From: an uncultured Staphylococcaceae bacterium
GTDB taxonomy: Bacteria > Bacillota_I > Bacilli_A > RFN20 > CAG-826
Direction of reading: 5' to 3'
Assembly (NCBI GenBank): GCA_964368105.1
Contig: CAYJAE010000002.1
Location: 1-32,633 of the forward strand
DNA: 32,633 nt
Made by a program: the position numbers and the translations under genes. Below, one piece after another: positions 23,350 to 31,910 of the stretch. Position 1 is the stretch's first letter, and each line of letters starts with the position of its first letter. The notes under the pieces are model-generated. The model saw only the letters and a list, made by a program, of their open reading frames with translations, was not told the DNA's origin and ran no database searches.

Positions 23350-26142
23350 TTATAAGTGCTCCTTCATATATTTTTTAACATAAGCGTACCAGCGTTCAAT
23401 ATCTTGATTTCTAAACTCTCGAACTGCACTTCCTTCTTCGAGTATATCTTGAAGAGCAAGAAGCGAGGCAATTTCAATCTCTGCTTCAATTGCTTGGGCG
23501 TGTTCTAAGCCTTTTTCAATCGCTTTTAGTGCTTCAGTTTTTTCTTTTAAGCCGATAAGCGCCATTGCTTCATATAAATATATTTGGAAAGTGTCATAAT
23601 GCGATTCAATAAGGGGCATGATTCGTTTAATACTTTCAACCGCTTTACCGTATTCTTTTAACCCGATTTCTAAAAAGATTGTGGTGTAAATATAGCGAAC
23701 GTAATAGCGGTCCTTTACTTTAAGACGGGTATAAATTTCGCTTGCTTTATCTAAATAATTTTTCGCTAGTTCATAATCCTTATGCCAAATTGCCGAGTCC
23801 GCAAAAACACGAGCGTACTCCGCAATAAACATTTCGTGATTAATCTTATCGTCGTCACTTGATAGTAAAGGAATCGCTTTTTGCAGCATTTTGATACTAT
23901 TTTCTATTTCAAGGTAAGAAGATTCCCAATCAAGTCGTTGGAAAGCAATTTTGCCTTTCATTAAATTCGCTAATGATTTTTCGTATAAAGCATCATTTTC
24001 TCCGCCCAGCGAAAGCGCTAATTTGGTGTAATGATTACTCTCATCAAAGTTAACGAGCTTGCGGTGACTCATCGCTAAAATGCTATAAATCTCGGCGACT
24101 TCCGCAATGGTCAATGCGTCCTTATTTACGAGTAACGGATTAAGTGCATCGACGCCTTCTTTAAATTTTTCCGTAATGTATAGGAAGTTACCTAAAATAA
24201 GTCCGCCATGTTGTCCGTAACTATCTGCCACCTCGTTAAAGGCTTTAATAAGACCGATTTTACTGAGTCTAAAGTAGAGGCCTGAATTATAGAAGTATTT
24301 ACGATGGGTCAAAACTACCTTCATAAAGGTTGGTGAGCGTAAAACATCATGGCAATCAATCTTGCTAAGAGTAAATAATACTTCGAGTTCACCAACAGCG
24401 TCACGCGCAAAAGTATCTAACCCATTTAATTCTAATCTCCGGGCAATGAAAGCTTCATCCTTTAAAAGTCCCGCGGCGTTTTCGGTCTGCCGTGAATTTA
24501 ATAAATGCTTTGTTAAGTAATTAAAGCCGTAATCGTTTAATCGTCCAGTGTAGTATTTGTTAAGGTAATACATACCAATGAAATTATTAGAACTTGACTT
24601 AAAAATACTATACTTTCCACTTGAACTACGATCAATTAACCAATCGATAACACTTTTGTGAATTGGAACAATGTTATTTTCAAAGACCGGAAACATTGCC
24701 GAAATATATTCAACCCGGTCGATAAAAACTTCTTCCTCAAGTTCTAAAATATCATTAATTTCTTCGAGAGGAAGTGGTTCATAGGCACTAACAATAAGTT
24801 GGAAAAGCGGCAAATAATCTTTGAGGTAATTTTGTGGGTTTTCTTTATCTTCAAATAAACGGGTAAAGTAATTTGAGTAAATATTGGTGAGCCCCCGCGG
24901 GAAAGCGCCTTGATCTAAAATACTAAAATGGCCCCGACGGACACTTTTTACAAATTGCGCGACATAAAGAAATCTTCCTTCACTTAGATTATAAATTTCA
25001 TTAACGGTTTGATCGATATCAGGAACAGTTTTAAGTTCCTCCGCTAAATCTTGATAAATAAAGCCAATTACATCCTTTTTGTTTTCTTCTTTATAATCTT
25101 CTAAATTAATACAAAGCTTTGATTTAAAACGTCGCATAATTTCTAACTCGGGCCGTGAAGTAACTAAGAGTTTAAACCATGCCGGAGTTTTCTCGAATTC
25201 ATTAGCCAAAACATCCGCGAGTTCGTTTTTAAGACCAAATTCGGCTTCATCAAGCGCATCAACAATCATGACAATCTTTTCGTTTTGCTTTGGTAAGCTG
25301 TGCAGCGGTTCAACAATTAAGTAAGAAAATAACCGACGGATATTTTTATCATCTAAATTATTTAAGTCATTGAGTTGGAGAAGTGCATTGCGGTAATCTT
25401 CGTTTTGCGTCGCTAAGTGATAAGCGAGAGACTTGATAACGGTTTTCGGATTAGCCCGGTCTGATTCATTATACTTACAAAAGTGAATTGCTTTAATTTC
25501 TGGGTTTTTATGACAAAGTTGAGCAACGATACTTGTTTTACCGCTTCCGGCGTTACCGGTTAAAAACATTATTTTTTCATCGCTCTCTAGCCAATTATTA
25601 TAAATATCTTTGATCCATTCCCGACCAAAGAAGTGCTTATTATGATTAAAGACATAACCATCATTATCAAGGGGACTGAGGGCCATCATCAACTGATTCA
25701 TTTCCCCTTCCATTAATAGCCGTTCTTCGCCTCTTAATACTTTAATAATTTGCGCAAGTTTAGTGCTATAAAATTCATCGTTTATCGTTCCGTCTTCCCG
25801 GTAATAATTAGCGATATTAATATACTGGACTCTCGTTAAGAAGAGAGGTGGTTCCACAGGCTGAATCATTACTGGTAAAAGTTCTTTATTCGTTGTCTTC
25901 GCTAAAGCAAGTTCATCTAAACAAACTCCGCCTGGTCTACGTAGGGAATGGGGACTCATAAAAAACACAACCCATTTTGATTCTTTTATGCCGTTTTCAA
26001 TCGATTCATCAAACCTTGAGCCACCCGTAATATCAGTTTCGTCAATCCAAACATTAAAATTTTCATTCCTTAAATCCTGGTAGATTTTCTTAACGAGTTC
26101 AGCATGATTATCGTGACCATAACTAATAAATATTTTCATCAT
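23350..26142 (-). CDS. TIR-NACHT(STAND NTPase)-TPR protein, candidate anti-phage sensor/effector
   Basis: 930 aa. TIR, aa 1 to about 135: MMKIFISYGHDNH...NVWIDE...VVFFMSP...C74LDE77L. STAND/NACHT: F171FGRE, Walker A G196NAGSGKT, Walker B IVMIVD295ALDE299, L326VTSRP. From about aa 640 to 925 there are TPR-like helical repeats. A strong SD GGAGGA lies 6 nt upstream of the ATG. Confidence 0.88.
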   Translation of the reverse strand: MMKIFISYGHDNHAELVKKIYQDLRNENFNVWIDETDITGGSRFDESIENGIKESKWVVFFMSPHSLRRPGGVCLDELALAKTTNKELLPVMIQPVEPPLFLTRVQYINIANYYREDGTINDEFYSTKLAQIIKVLRGEERLLMEGEMNQLMMALSPLDNDGYVFNHNKHFFGREWIKDIYNNWLESDEKIMFLTGNAGSGKTSIVAQLCHKNPEIKAIHFCKYNESDRANPKTVIKSLAYHLATQNEDYRNALLQLNDLNNLDDKNIRRLFSYLIVEPLHSLPKQNEKIVMIVDALDEAEFGLKNELADVLANEFEKTPAWFKLLVTSRPELEIMRRFKSKLCINLEDYKEENKKDVIGFIYQDLAEELKTVPDIDQTVNEIYNLSEGRFLYVAQFVKSVRRGHFSILDQGAFPRGLTNIYSNYFTRLFEDKENPQNYLKDYLPLFQLIVSAYEPLPLEEINDILELEEEVFIDRVEYISAMFPVFENNIVPIHKSVIDWLIDRSSSGKYSIFKSSSNNFIGMYYLNKYYTGRLNDYGFNYLTKHLLNSRQTENAAGLLKDEAFIARRLELNGLDTFARDAVGELEVLFTLSKIDCHDVLRSPTFMKVVLTHRKYFYNSGLYFRLSKIGLIKAFNEVADSYGQHGGLILGNFLYITEKFKEGVDALNPLLVNKDALTIAEVAEIYSILAMSHRKLVNFDESNHYTKLALSLGGENDALYEKSLANLMKGKIAFQRLDWESSYLEIENSIKMLQKAIPLLSSDDDKINHEMFIAEYARVFADSAIWHKDYELAKNYLDKASEIYTRLKVKDRYYVRYIYTTIFLEIGLKEYGKAVESIKRIMPLIESHYDTFQIYLYEAMALIGLKEKTEALKAIEKGLEHAQAIEAEIEIASLLALQDILEEGSAVREFRNQDIERWYAYVKKYMKEHL

Positions 26143-26411
26143 AAATTATCCTCCTTCATTAAATTCAGAGTTATTTTAGTTAGTCCTGTTTTGTTAATAT
26201 TAGTTTAGCATATTCATCATGTTTTGCGGCTATTTTTTTTGAAAACTATACAAACTGGTCAAACCGCAAATGACATTTAGGCTAAATTCGCCACTTTGTT
26301 TAGGCATAATTTCATAATCTAACCTTAAAAAGAAAGAGAAAGACTTTTGTTTACTCTTAACAAACATAGTTTGTTGCCGCTTTTCTTTCATAGCCCCATA
26401 TTTCCAATTCA

Positions 26412-26420
26412 TGATATAAT
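26412..26420 (+). promoter_or_regulatory. Extended -10 element TGATATAAT for the tctB-like/tctA-like/mevalonate operon
   Basis: The + strand reads tgatataat-taaaattcaaacGGAGtttttagag-ATG(26446). Confidence 0.5.
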
Positions 26421-26445
26421 TAAAATTCAAACGGAGTTTTTAGAG

Positions 26446-26727
26446 ATGAAAAAAAAGAAGACGATGGTACGTTTGTGGGGAGATCATATTGTAATTTCTT
26501 CACTCTTTATTGGGTTATTAATAAGTTTATCGTTAGTAGGTCTTACTTTTGGAATAATTGCGCTTTTAGGCCATTACTATCCAAGTATTGCCGACAATAA
26601 AAAAGATTTAATTTATATATTTGGCACTCTCGCGGTTTTAATCGGTTTTGTTATTAATAACTTATGGATTAAACCGCAACGTAATATTATTACGAAAAAA
26701 CAAAGTGATACCGAGGAAGTAAAATAA
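26446..26727 (+). CDS. Small membrane protein in the TctB position (function inferred from position only)
   Basis: 93 aa from MKKKKTMVRLW. SD GGAG lies 9 nt upstream. It has 2-3 TM helices. Its TAA overlaps the ATG of the TctA-like gene. The track ORF start at 26347 lies upstream of the promoter and is rejected. Confidence 0.55.
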   Translation: MKKKKTMVRLWGDHIVISSLFIGLLISLSLVGLTFGIIALLGHYYPSIADNKKDLIYIFGTLAVLIGFVINNLWIKPQRNIITKKQSDTEEVK

Positions 26728-28133
26728 TGGTAATTACCTTTTCGCTTATTTTACAAATGATCGGTATCTCGCTTTTAATGACTTTAATTTATATCATTAT
26801 CGGTATTATCCCCGGCACTGACGAAACTTCAGTAATTGTACCGATGACAGTAATTCTTGTTTCGCTCCATCTTAATCCCTTAGTCATTATGGCGGGCTTT
26901 ATTAGTGCGGTTGTTACGCTGAATATTGCTGACTCTATTCCGACCGCGATAACGTCCATTCCAGGAGGAGTCATGTCTACACCCCTCGTTGGTCCTAGTC
27001 AAATCCTTAAAAAACACGGCTACACAGCTTACAGTGTGCGCTGGATGATGCTCGGTTCATTAATCGGCGTCTTAGTAAGTCTTCCGCTTGCCCTTGCCTT
27101 TTGGGGAATCTTTGAATTTATCAGTGTTCAAACTGGCTTAGAAATATCAACATTTATCAAAAACTACTCAGAATACATCTTTTTAGGTGGCGCACTCTTA
27201 ATGAGCTTAACGAGTAAAAAGAAACTCGTAAGTCTTCTTTCAATTATTCCGTTTGGTTTCTTAACTGCTTTTATGCGTAATCCGAGTGCTTTACTTAATA
27301 ACACCCTCTTAAATTTTCTTGGTCAAGGCAAAACCTTATCAATGACCCCCTTCTTTTTAGCAATAACGACTGGACCTTTAATTTTTGGTTTATTTGAACT
27401 TGTTTTCCCAAGTGTTTTCCAAAAACAAAAAGTTGAAGGTAAGATTGACGTTGTTTTAGAAGAAAATATTAAAACCGTGAAAACTGGCACGAAGAAAGTA
27501 GTTAAGAAAACCGCAATTGCAAGTGCCCTAGGTAGTTTAATGTTTTTCCTCTCGCCGGTTGGTGTCACCATGATGCTTAGTGAATTTAGTATTAAGGATG
27601 AGAAAGACGAAGTTCAACAAGCACTCCAAGGAGTCGCGGTTGTGAACGGACTATCAAGCGCAACTTACCTTGCGGGTATTCTTATTTCGCTCTTTGTTTT
27701 TGCTTTCCCGCTTTCTCCCGCTGCTCTTGGTCCTGGATCAGTTATTTTTGGAACAGGCGCAAACGGTGCTGACGGCGTTTTTGTGTCCGCTGGTAATACT
27801 GGCTTAACAATTGCTAAACCTACGCTTTTAATGCCAATCCTTATCGGACTAGCAATTGGCGTTTCTTTAACAGTCTGGCTTGGAATGAAGTACTCTTCAA
27901 AAATGACTGAATTAGTTTTTAAATATATTTCCCAAGAAACAGTCTTAATCTTTTTGTTCTCTATTATTGCGCTTCTCTCTCTTGCCGAAGCGGGGATGTA
28001 CGGCTTAATTGTTGTCCTTCTGATTGGTCTCTTTAGTGGCTGGATTAATAAGTTTGGTGCAGGCTACGGCGTGCAGTTTATGGCCCTTTACGCAGGCAAT
28101 TTGTTTGTTAAATTCATTTTAATGTTATTTTAG
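26727..28133 (+). CDS. TctA/DUF112-family permease (large membrane subunit of tripartite tricarboxylate-type transporters), divergent
   Basis: 468 aa, polytopic, with a two-fold internal pattern. GIIPGTDETSVIVPM and SIPGGVMSTPLVG in the first half resemble TctA LPGLGP and NVPGD. LSPVGVTMM and LGPGSVIFG in the second half do likewise. No TctC-like binding protein gene is nearby. Confidence 0.55.
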   Translation: MVITFSLILQMIGISLLMTLIYIIIGIIPGTDETSVIVPMTVILVSLHLNPLVIMAGFISAVVTLNIADSIPTAITSIPGGVMSTPLVGPSQILKKHGYTAYSVRWMMLGSLIGVLVSLPLALAFWGIFEFISVQTGLEISTFIKNYSEYIFLGGALLMSLTSKKKLVSLLSIIPFGFLTAFMRNPSALLNNTLLNFLGQGKTLSMTPFFLAITTGPLIFGLFELVFPSVFQKQKVEGKIDVVLEENIKTVKTGTKKVVKKTAIASALGSLMFFLSPVGVTMMLSEFSIKDEKDEVQQALQGVAVVNGLSSATYLAGILISLFVFAFPLSPAALGPGSVIFGTGANGADGVFVSAGNTGLTIAKPTLLMPILIGLAIGVSLTVWLGMKYSSKMTELVFKYISQETVLIFLFSIIALLSLAEAGMYGLIVVLLIGLFSGWINKFGAGYGVQFMALYAGNLFVKFILMLF

Positions 28134-28141
28134 GAGTAAGT

Positions 28142-29035
28142 ATGGACGGATATAGTTATGGAAAAATTATACTAAGCGGTGAACATAGTGTCGTCTATGG
28201 TAAACCCGCTTTAGCAATTCCTTTTTACGCTTTGCGAAGTGAAGTAGTCTTAACTCCCGCGCCTTCCTTTACGTGGGAAACAAAGTACTTTAACGGCCCC
28301 CTTAGTGAAGGTCCTGCTGAACTTGAAGGTCTTTACGTCTTACTGCGTAAACTATTTAAAGATTTTCCCCGTATTAGTCCCGTTAACATTGCAATTCGCT
28401 CAAACCTTCCTGAAAAAAGTGGACTCGGCAGTAGCGCAAGTATCGCTAAAGCCTTAGTGGACGCTTTTAATAATCATTTTCGCTTAGGTTTAACCAAGGA
28501 AGATTACTTTGCGTATCTCACAATTTCCGAAAATGTTTATCATCATAAAGCAAGTGGCATTGACGCCTCTGTTGTAATTTATGAAACTCCACTTTTATAT
28601 ATTCCTCCGCAAATTACGCCTATTTCGCTGCAAATTACCGGTTTTTTAGTCGCTTTCTACTCAAACACCAATAGCGCAACTAAAGACGCAGTCGCGCTTG
28701 TCTCCCGTCATCCACGGCGTGATGAACTTGTAAGTGAACTAGAGAAAAACACCAAATTACTACAAGAAGCAGCGAAGAGTAATAATTTTGAACTCCTTGC
28801 TACTTCCTTTAATAATAGTCACCTCGCCCTTCGTGAACTTGGGGTTTCTTCTAAGGTATTAGAAGAGTTACGCGCAAAAATCCTTGCAAATGGCGCCGGA
28901 GGTGTTAAAATAACGGGCGGTGGCATGGGTGGCTGTCTCATTGCTTTGTTTAAAACAAAAGCAGCGGCTACTAAAGCCCAAAATACATTGAAAGAGAATC
29001 CAAGTTGGTTAATTGATTTAGGAAAAGTGTCATGA
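28142..29035 (+). CDS. mvk: Mevalonate kinase
   Basis: 297 aa in the GHMP kinase family. Has GKIILSGEHSVVYGKPALA, GLGSSASIAKA and GGGMGGC. SD AGGAG overlaps the tctA-like stop. Confidence 0.92.
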   Translation: MDGYSYGKIILSGEHSVVYGKPALAIPFYALRSEVVLTPAPSFTWETKYFNGPLSEGPAELEGLYVLLRKLFKDFPRISPVNIAIRSNLPEKSGLGSSASIAKALVDAFNNHFRLGLTKEDYFAYLTISENVYHHKASGIDASVVIYETPLLYIPPQITPISLQITGFLVAFYSNTNSATKDAVALVSRHPRRDELVSELEKNTKLLQEAAKSNNFELLATSFNNSHLALRELGVSSKVLEELRAKILANGAGGVKITGGGMGGCLIALFKTKAAATKAQNTLKENPSWLIDLGKVS

Positions 29036-29985
29036 AGTTTAAACGAGCAAATGTAAATATTGCCCTCTTAAAATATTGGGGAAAGGCTGATCAACGGTTA
29101 AAAATACCCCAACAAACAAGTGTTTCAGTAACTGCGGAAGCTTTTTACACCCGGACGAATGTTACGCTTGATTCAAGCTTACCGAAAGATAAAGTTTTTC
29201 TTGATGGTAAAGAATTAACCTCACTCCAATATAACCGTGTTATTCAACATTTAAATGAATTACGCCGTCGCTTTAACCGCACGGAGTATTGTGTTGTTAC
29301 TTCAATGAATAATGTCCCCTTACGCGCTGGCTTTGCTAGTAGTGCAAGTGCCTTTGCGGCCCTTACTGCGGCTTATCTTGACGCAATTGGCGAAAAGGTT
29401 TCCAAAAAAGATATGTCACGCTTAGCACGATTAGGTTCAGGAAGCGCAACACGCTCGGTCCATGGCGGCTTTGTTATTTGGCGGAAAGGCTTTGATCATG
29501 AAAGCAGTTACGCGGAACAACTGAAAATTAAATGGCCAGAATTTCGTTTAATCTTTACCGTTATTGATCCAAGTGTTAAATCTATTTCTAGTCAAGTCGG
29601 AATGCAGTTATGTGTTGAAAAGTCCCGTTCCTTCCCTACCTACGTCACTAAATGCAGTGAAATGGTTGCGCCGATGATTGAAGCGCTCGAAAAGCAAGAT
29701 TTAAAAGCAATTGGCGAAATTAGTGAACGAAGTGCGGAATTAATGCGCAATGTTATGCTTGAAGCTGGCGTTGACTATCACACTCCCAAAACACAAGTCA
29801 TGATTAATCGTATTCATACTTTACGTGATAAATACAATTTACCAGTTTATTACACTTTCGATGCTGGTCCGAATTTAATCTTAATAACCACTAAAGATTA
29901 TGTCGACGAAATATTACCGCACTTAAGAGACGTTGAAACGGTTGTCTCTAAAGTCGGCGGAGGCATTATTGATGAAGATATTTGA
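29032..29985 (+). CDS. mvaD: Diphosphomevalonate decarboxylase
   Basis: 317 aa. Has NIALLKYWGK, GFASSASAFAAL and LARLGSGSATRSVHGGFV. ATGA overlap with mvk. Confidence 0.92.
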   Translation: MKFKRANVNIALLKYWGKADQRLKIPQQTSVSVTAEAFYTRTNVTLDSSLPKDKVFLDGKELTSLQYNRVIQHLNELRRRFNRTEYCVVTSMNNVPLRAGFASSASAFAALTAAYLDAIGEKVSKKDMSRLARLGSGSATRSVHGGFVIWRKGFDHESSYAEQLKIKWPEFRLIFTVIDPSVKSISSQVGMQLCVEKSRSFPTYVTKCSEMVAPMIEALEKQDLKAIGEISERSAELMRNVMLEAGVDYHTPKTQVMINRIHTLRDKYNLPVYYTFDAGPNLILITTKDYVDEILPHLRDVETVVSKVGGGIIDEDI

Positions 29986-30946
29986 GAAAGTTCCCGGTAA
30001 ACTTTATATCATTGGTGAATATAATGTTTTAAAAAGTGGTCATAGTGCCTTAATTGCGCCTGTTAATCTCTTTTTACAAGGAACCCTCATCCCTAACGGA
30101 AAAACAACAATTATTGAAGGCGGCAAAACTTATCCTTATACTGAGCTTTTAAGTAAAGCCCCGCATCAATTAGAAAACACCGTTGCGACTATTACATTCT
30201 TTAATGAATACTTAGCCAGTCACAGGATTAGTATTCGTGAATTTGAATATACAATTGAAAATAACTTAATTAGTGACGAACAAATAAAGTATGGACTTGG
30301 GAGCAGTGCCGCAAGTATTGTTTTAACTTTAAAACTTTTAAACCGCCTTTATAACACTAATCTCTCGCCGCTTACCCTTTTTAAAATGGCAGTGCTCATT
30401 CAACGCCGACTAAATACGCTTAGCTCTGGGGGCGACTTAGCGGTTGCGCTTTATGATATTCCGCTTTTTTATACACGTTACGACCTTGAATGGCTCTTAA
30501 ATGAAAAAGAAGACTTAGCGCTTTTAGAACAAAACTGGCCACTTTTAACAATTAAACTAATGACAACTGTCCCACTCTTCTTAGTGGGCTGGACCAAAGA
30601 AACAATAAAACCTTCACCTAACGGCATTATTGATCCTTCTTTCTTTATTCGCGCTCAAAAACTTGTGGAAAACTATTACTTAACCTTTGATTCAAGCTAT
30701 ATTGCCCAGTATCAAGAACTTTTAACGGAGTTAGCTTTTGAGAAGAAAAACATGATGACCCCTAAACTTAGTGCCTTAATTAGTAGCGCTAATTCATTAG
30801 GAGTAGCCGCTAAAATTTCTGGAGCAGGCTATGGCGACTGTGGGATTGCGCAGATTGATGATCTTAACACGATTACACCACTCGTAAATTTATGGCACAA
30901 TAATGATATCGAAGTCTTAAATATATGGAGAAGAGATAATGAGTAA
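29972..30946 (+). CDS. mvaK2: Phosphomevalonate kinase (GHMP type)
   Basis: 324 aa from MKIFEKVPGKLYIIGEYNVL. SD GGCGGAGG lies upstream and the gene overlaps mvaD by 14 nt. Has GLGSSAASIV and SGAGYGDCG motifs. Confidence 0.88.
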   Translation: MKIFEKVPGKLYIIGEYNVLKSGHSALIAPVNLFLQGTLIPNGKTTIIEGGKTYPYTELLSKAPHQLENTVATITFFNEYLASHRISIREFEYTIENNLISDEQIKYGLGSSAASIVLTLKLLNRLYNTNLSPLTLFKMAVLIQRRLNTLSSGGDLAVALYDIPLFYTRYDLEWLLNEKEDLALLEQNWPLLTIKLMTTVPLFLVGWTKETIKPSPNGIIDPSFFIRAQKLVENYYLTFDSSYIAQYQELLTELAFEKKNMMTPKLSALISSANSLGVAAKISGAGYGDCGIAQIDDLNTITPLVNLWHNNDIEVLNIWRRDNE

Positions 30947-31910
30947 AAGCCGGAAAGATGATCATCTGAAGTTAGCCTTAGATTCTTCCCTTACTAATAA
31001 CGAATTTAGTGCTATTCGTTTTAAGCACGTTAGTATTCCTGATTATTCATTAAATGATATTAATCTTGAAACTGAAATACTTGGAAAAGTTTTCCCCCTT
31101 CCTTTCTACATTAATGCGATGAGTGGCGGGAACGCTTCCGGAAACATCATGAATTTAAAACTCGCTGCGCTTGCAAGTCACTTTAATCTGCCGTTTTTCC
31201 TCGGCTCCCAATCAGTCGCACTAAAAGACGCTAAAGAGGAAGTCGCTTATCTTGAATTACGAAATAAATATCCTAATTTATTTATTGTCGCTAACGTTAA
31301 TCCTAATGTTAGTGTGGAAGAGGCAAAGCGAGCCATTAAAATGGTCAGCGCAAACGCCTTAGCCATTCACATTAATAGTGTTCAAGAGTTAGTAATGAGT
31401 GAAGGTGACCGTGACTTTTCACTTTGGAGTAAAAATATTAAAGCAATACTTAAGAATATTAGTGTTCCCGTTATTATTAAAGAAGTTGGCTACGGGATGA
31501 GTCACGAAACACTTGTTAAACTAAGTAACTTAGGCGCTCATTACATTGATATAAGTGGGGCTTCCGGCACTAACTTTACGAAAATCGAATTAGCGAGATC
31601 AGGCGTAGAAAATTCTTCTCTGCTTGATTTTGGTCGTCCTACCATTTCTTCGCTTCGTGACGCCCTTACTTTTGACGCCTTTAGTGTTCACGCTAGTGGG
31701 GGCATTAACAACGCTGGCAGTATTGTTAAGTGTCTCGCTTTCGGCGCTCAAGCTGTCGGGATGGCGCATTACTTCTTAAAACTAAGTGAATTACCGCTTG
31801 AAGAAATGATTAAAACTGTTGAATTATTAATTACGGACATTAAAAAGATTTTATTATTACTCAATGTAAAAAGCATTAAAGAATTAAAAGTCGAACATTT
31901 AGAATTTTAA
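30939..31910 (+). CDS. fni: Type 2 (FMN-dependent) isopentenyl-diphosphate delta-isomerase
   Basis: 323 aa. Has an N-terminal RKDDHL, TIM-barrel motifs IKEVGYGMS and DISGASGTNF, and ASGGI. Confidence 0.92.
   Translation: MSKSRKDDHLKLALDSSLTNNEFSAIRFKHVSIPDYSLNDINLETEILGKVFPLPFYINAMSGGNASGNIMNLKLAALASHFNLPFFLGSQSVALKDAKEEVAYLELRNKYPNLFIVANVNPNVSVEEAKRAIKMVSANALAIHINSVQELVMSEGDRDFSLWSKNIKAILKNISVPVIIKEVGYGMSHETLVKLSNLGAHYIDISGASGTNFTKIELARSGVENSSLLDFGRPTISSLRDALTFDAFSVHASGGINNAGSIVKCLAFGAQAVGMAHYFLKLSELPLEEMIKTVELLITDIKKILLLLNVKSIKELKVEHLEF

Noticed and set aside
26230-26430. 66-aa - strand ORF in the spacer between the TIR gene and the tctB-like gene
   Set aside because: It has no SD and overlaps the divergent promoter and 5' region of the tctB-like gene. 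Its composition is lysine- and phenylalanine-rich with no features. I treat it as non-coding spacer.
26347-26445. Upstream extension of the TctB-like ORF (MFTLNKHSLLPLFF...)
   Set aside because: The extension spans the TGATATAAT promoter and the GGAG SD that serve ATG 26446.
29933-29971. Upstream extension of mvaK2 (MKRLSLKSAEALL)
   Set aside because: GHMP phosphomevalonate kinases begin right before the PGKLxxxGEY motif. ATG 29972 is preceded by a GGCGGAGG SD.
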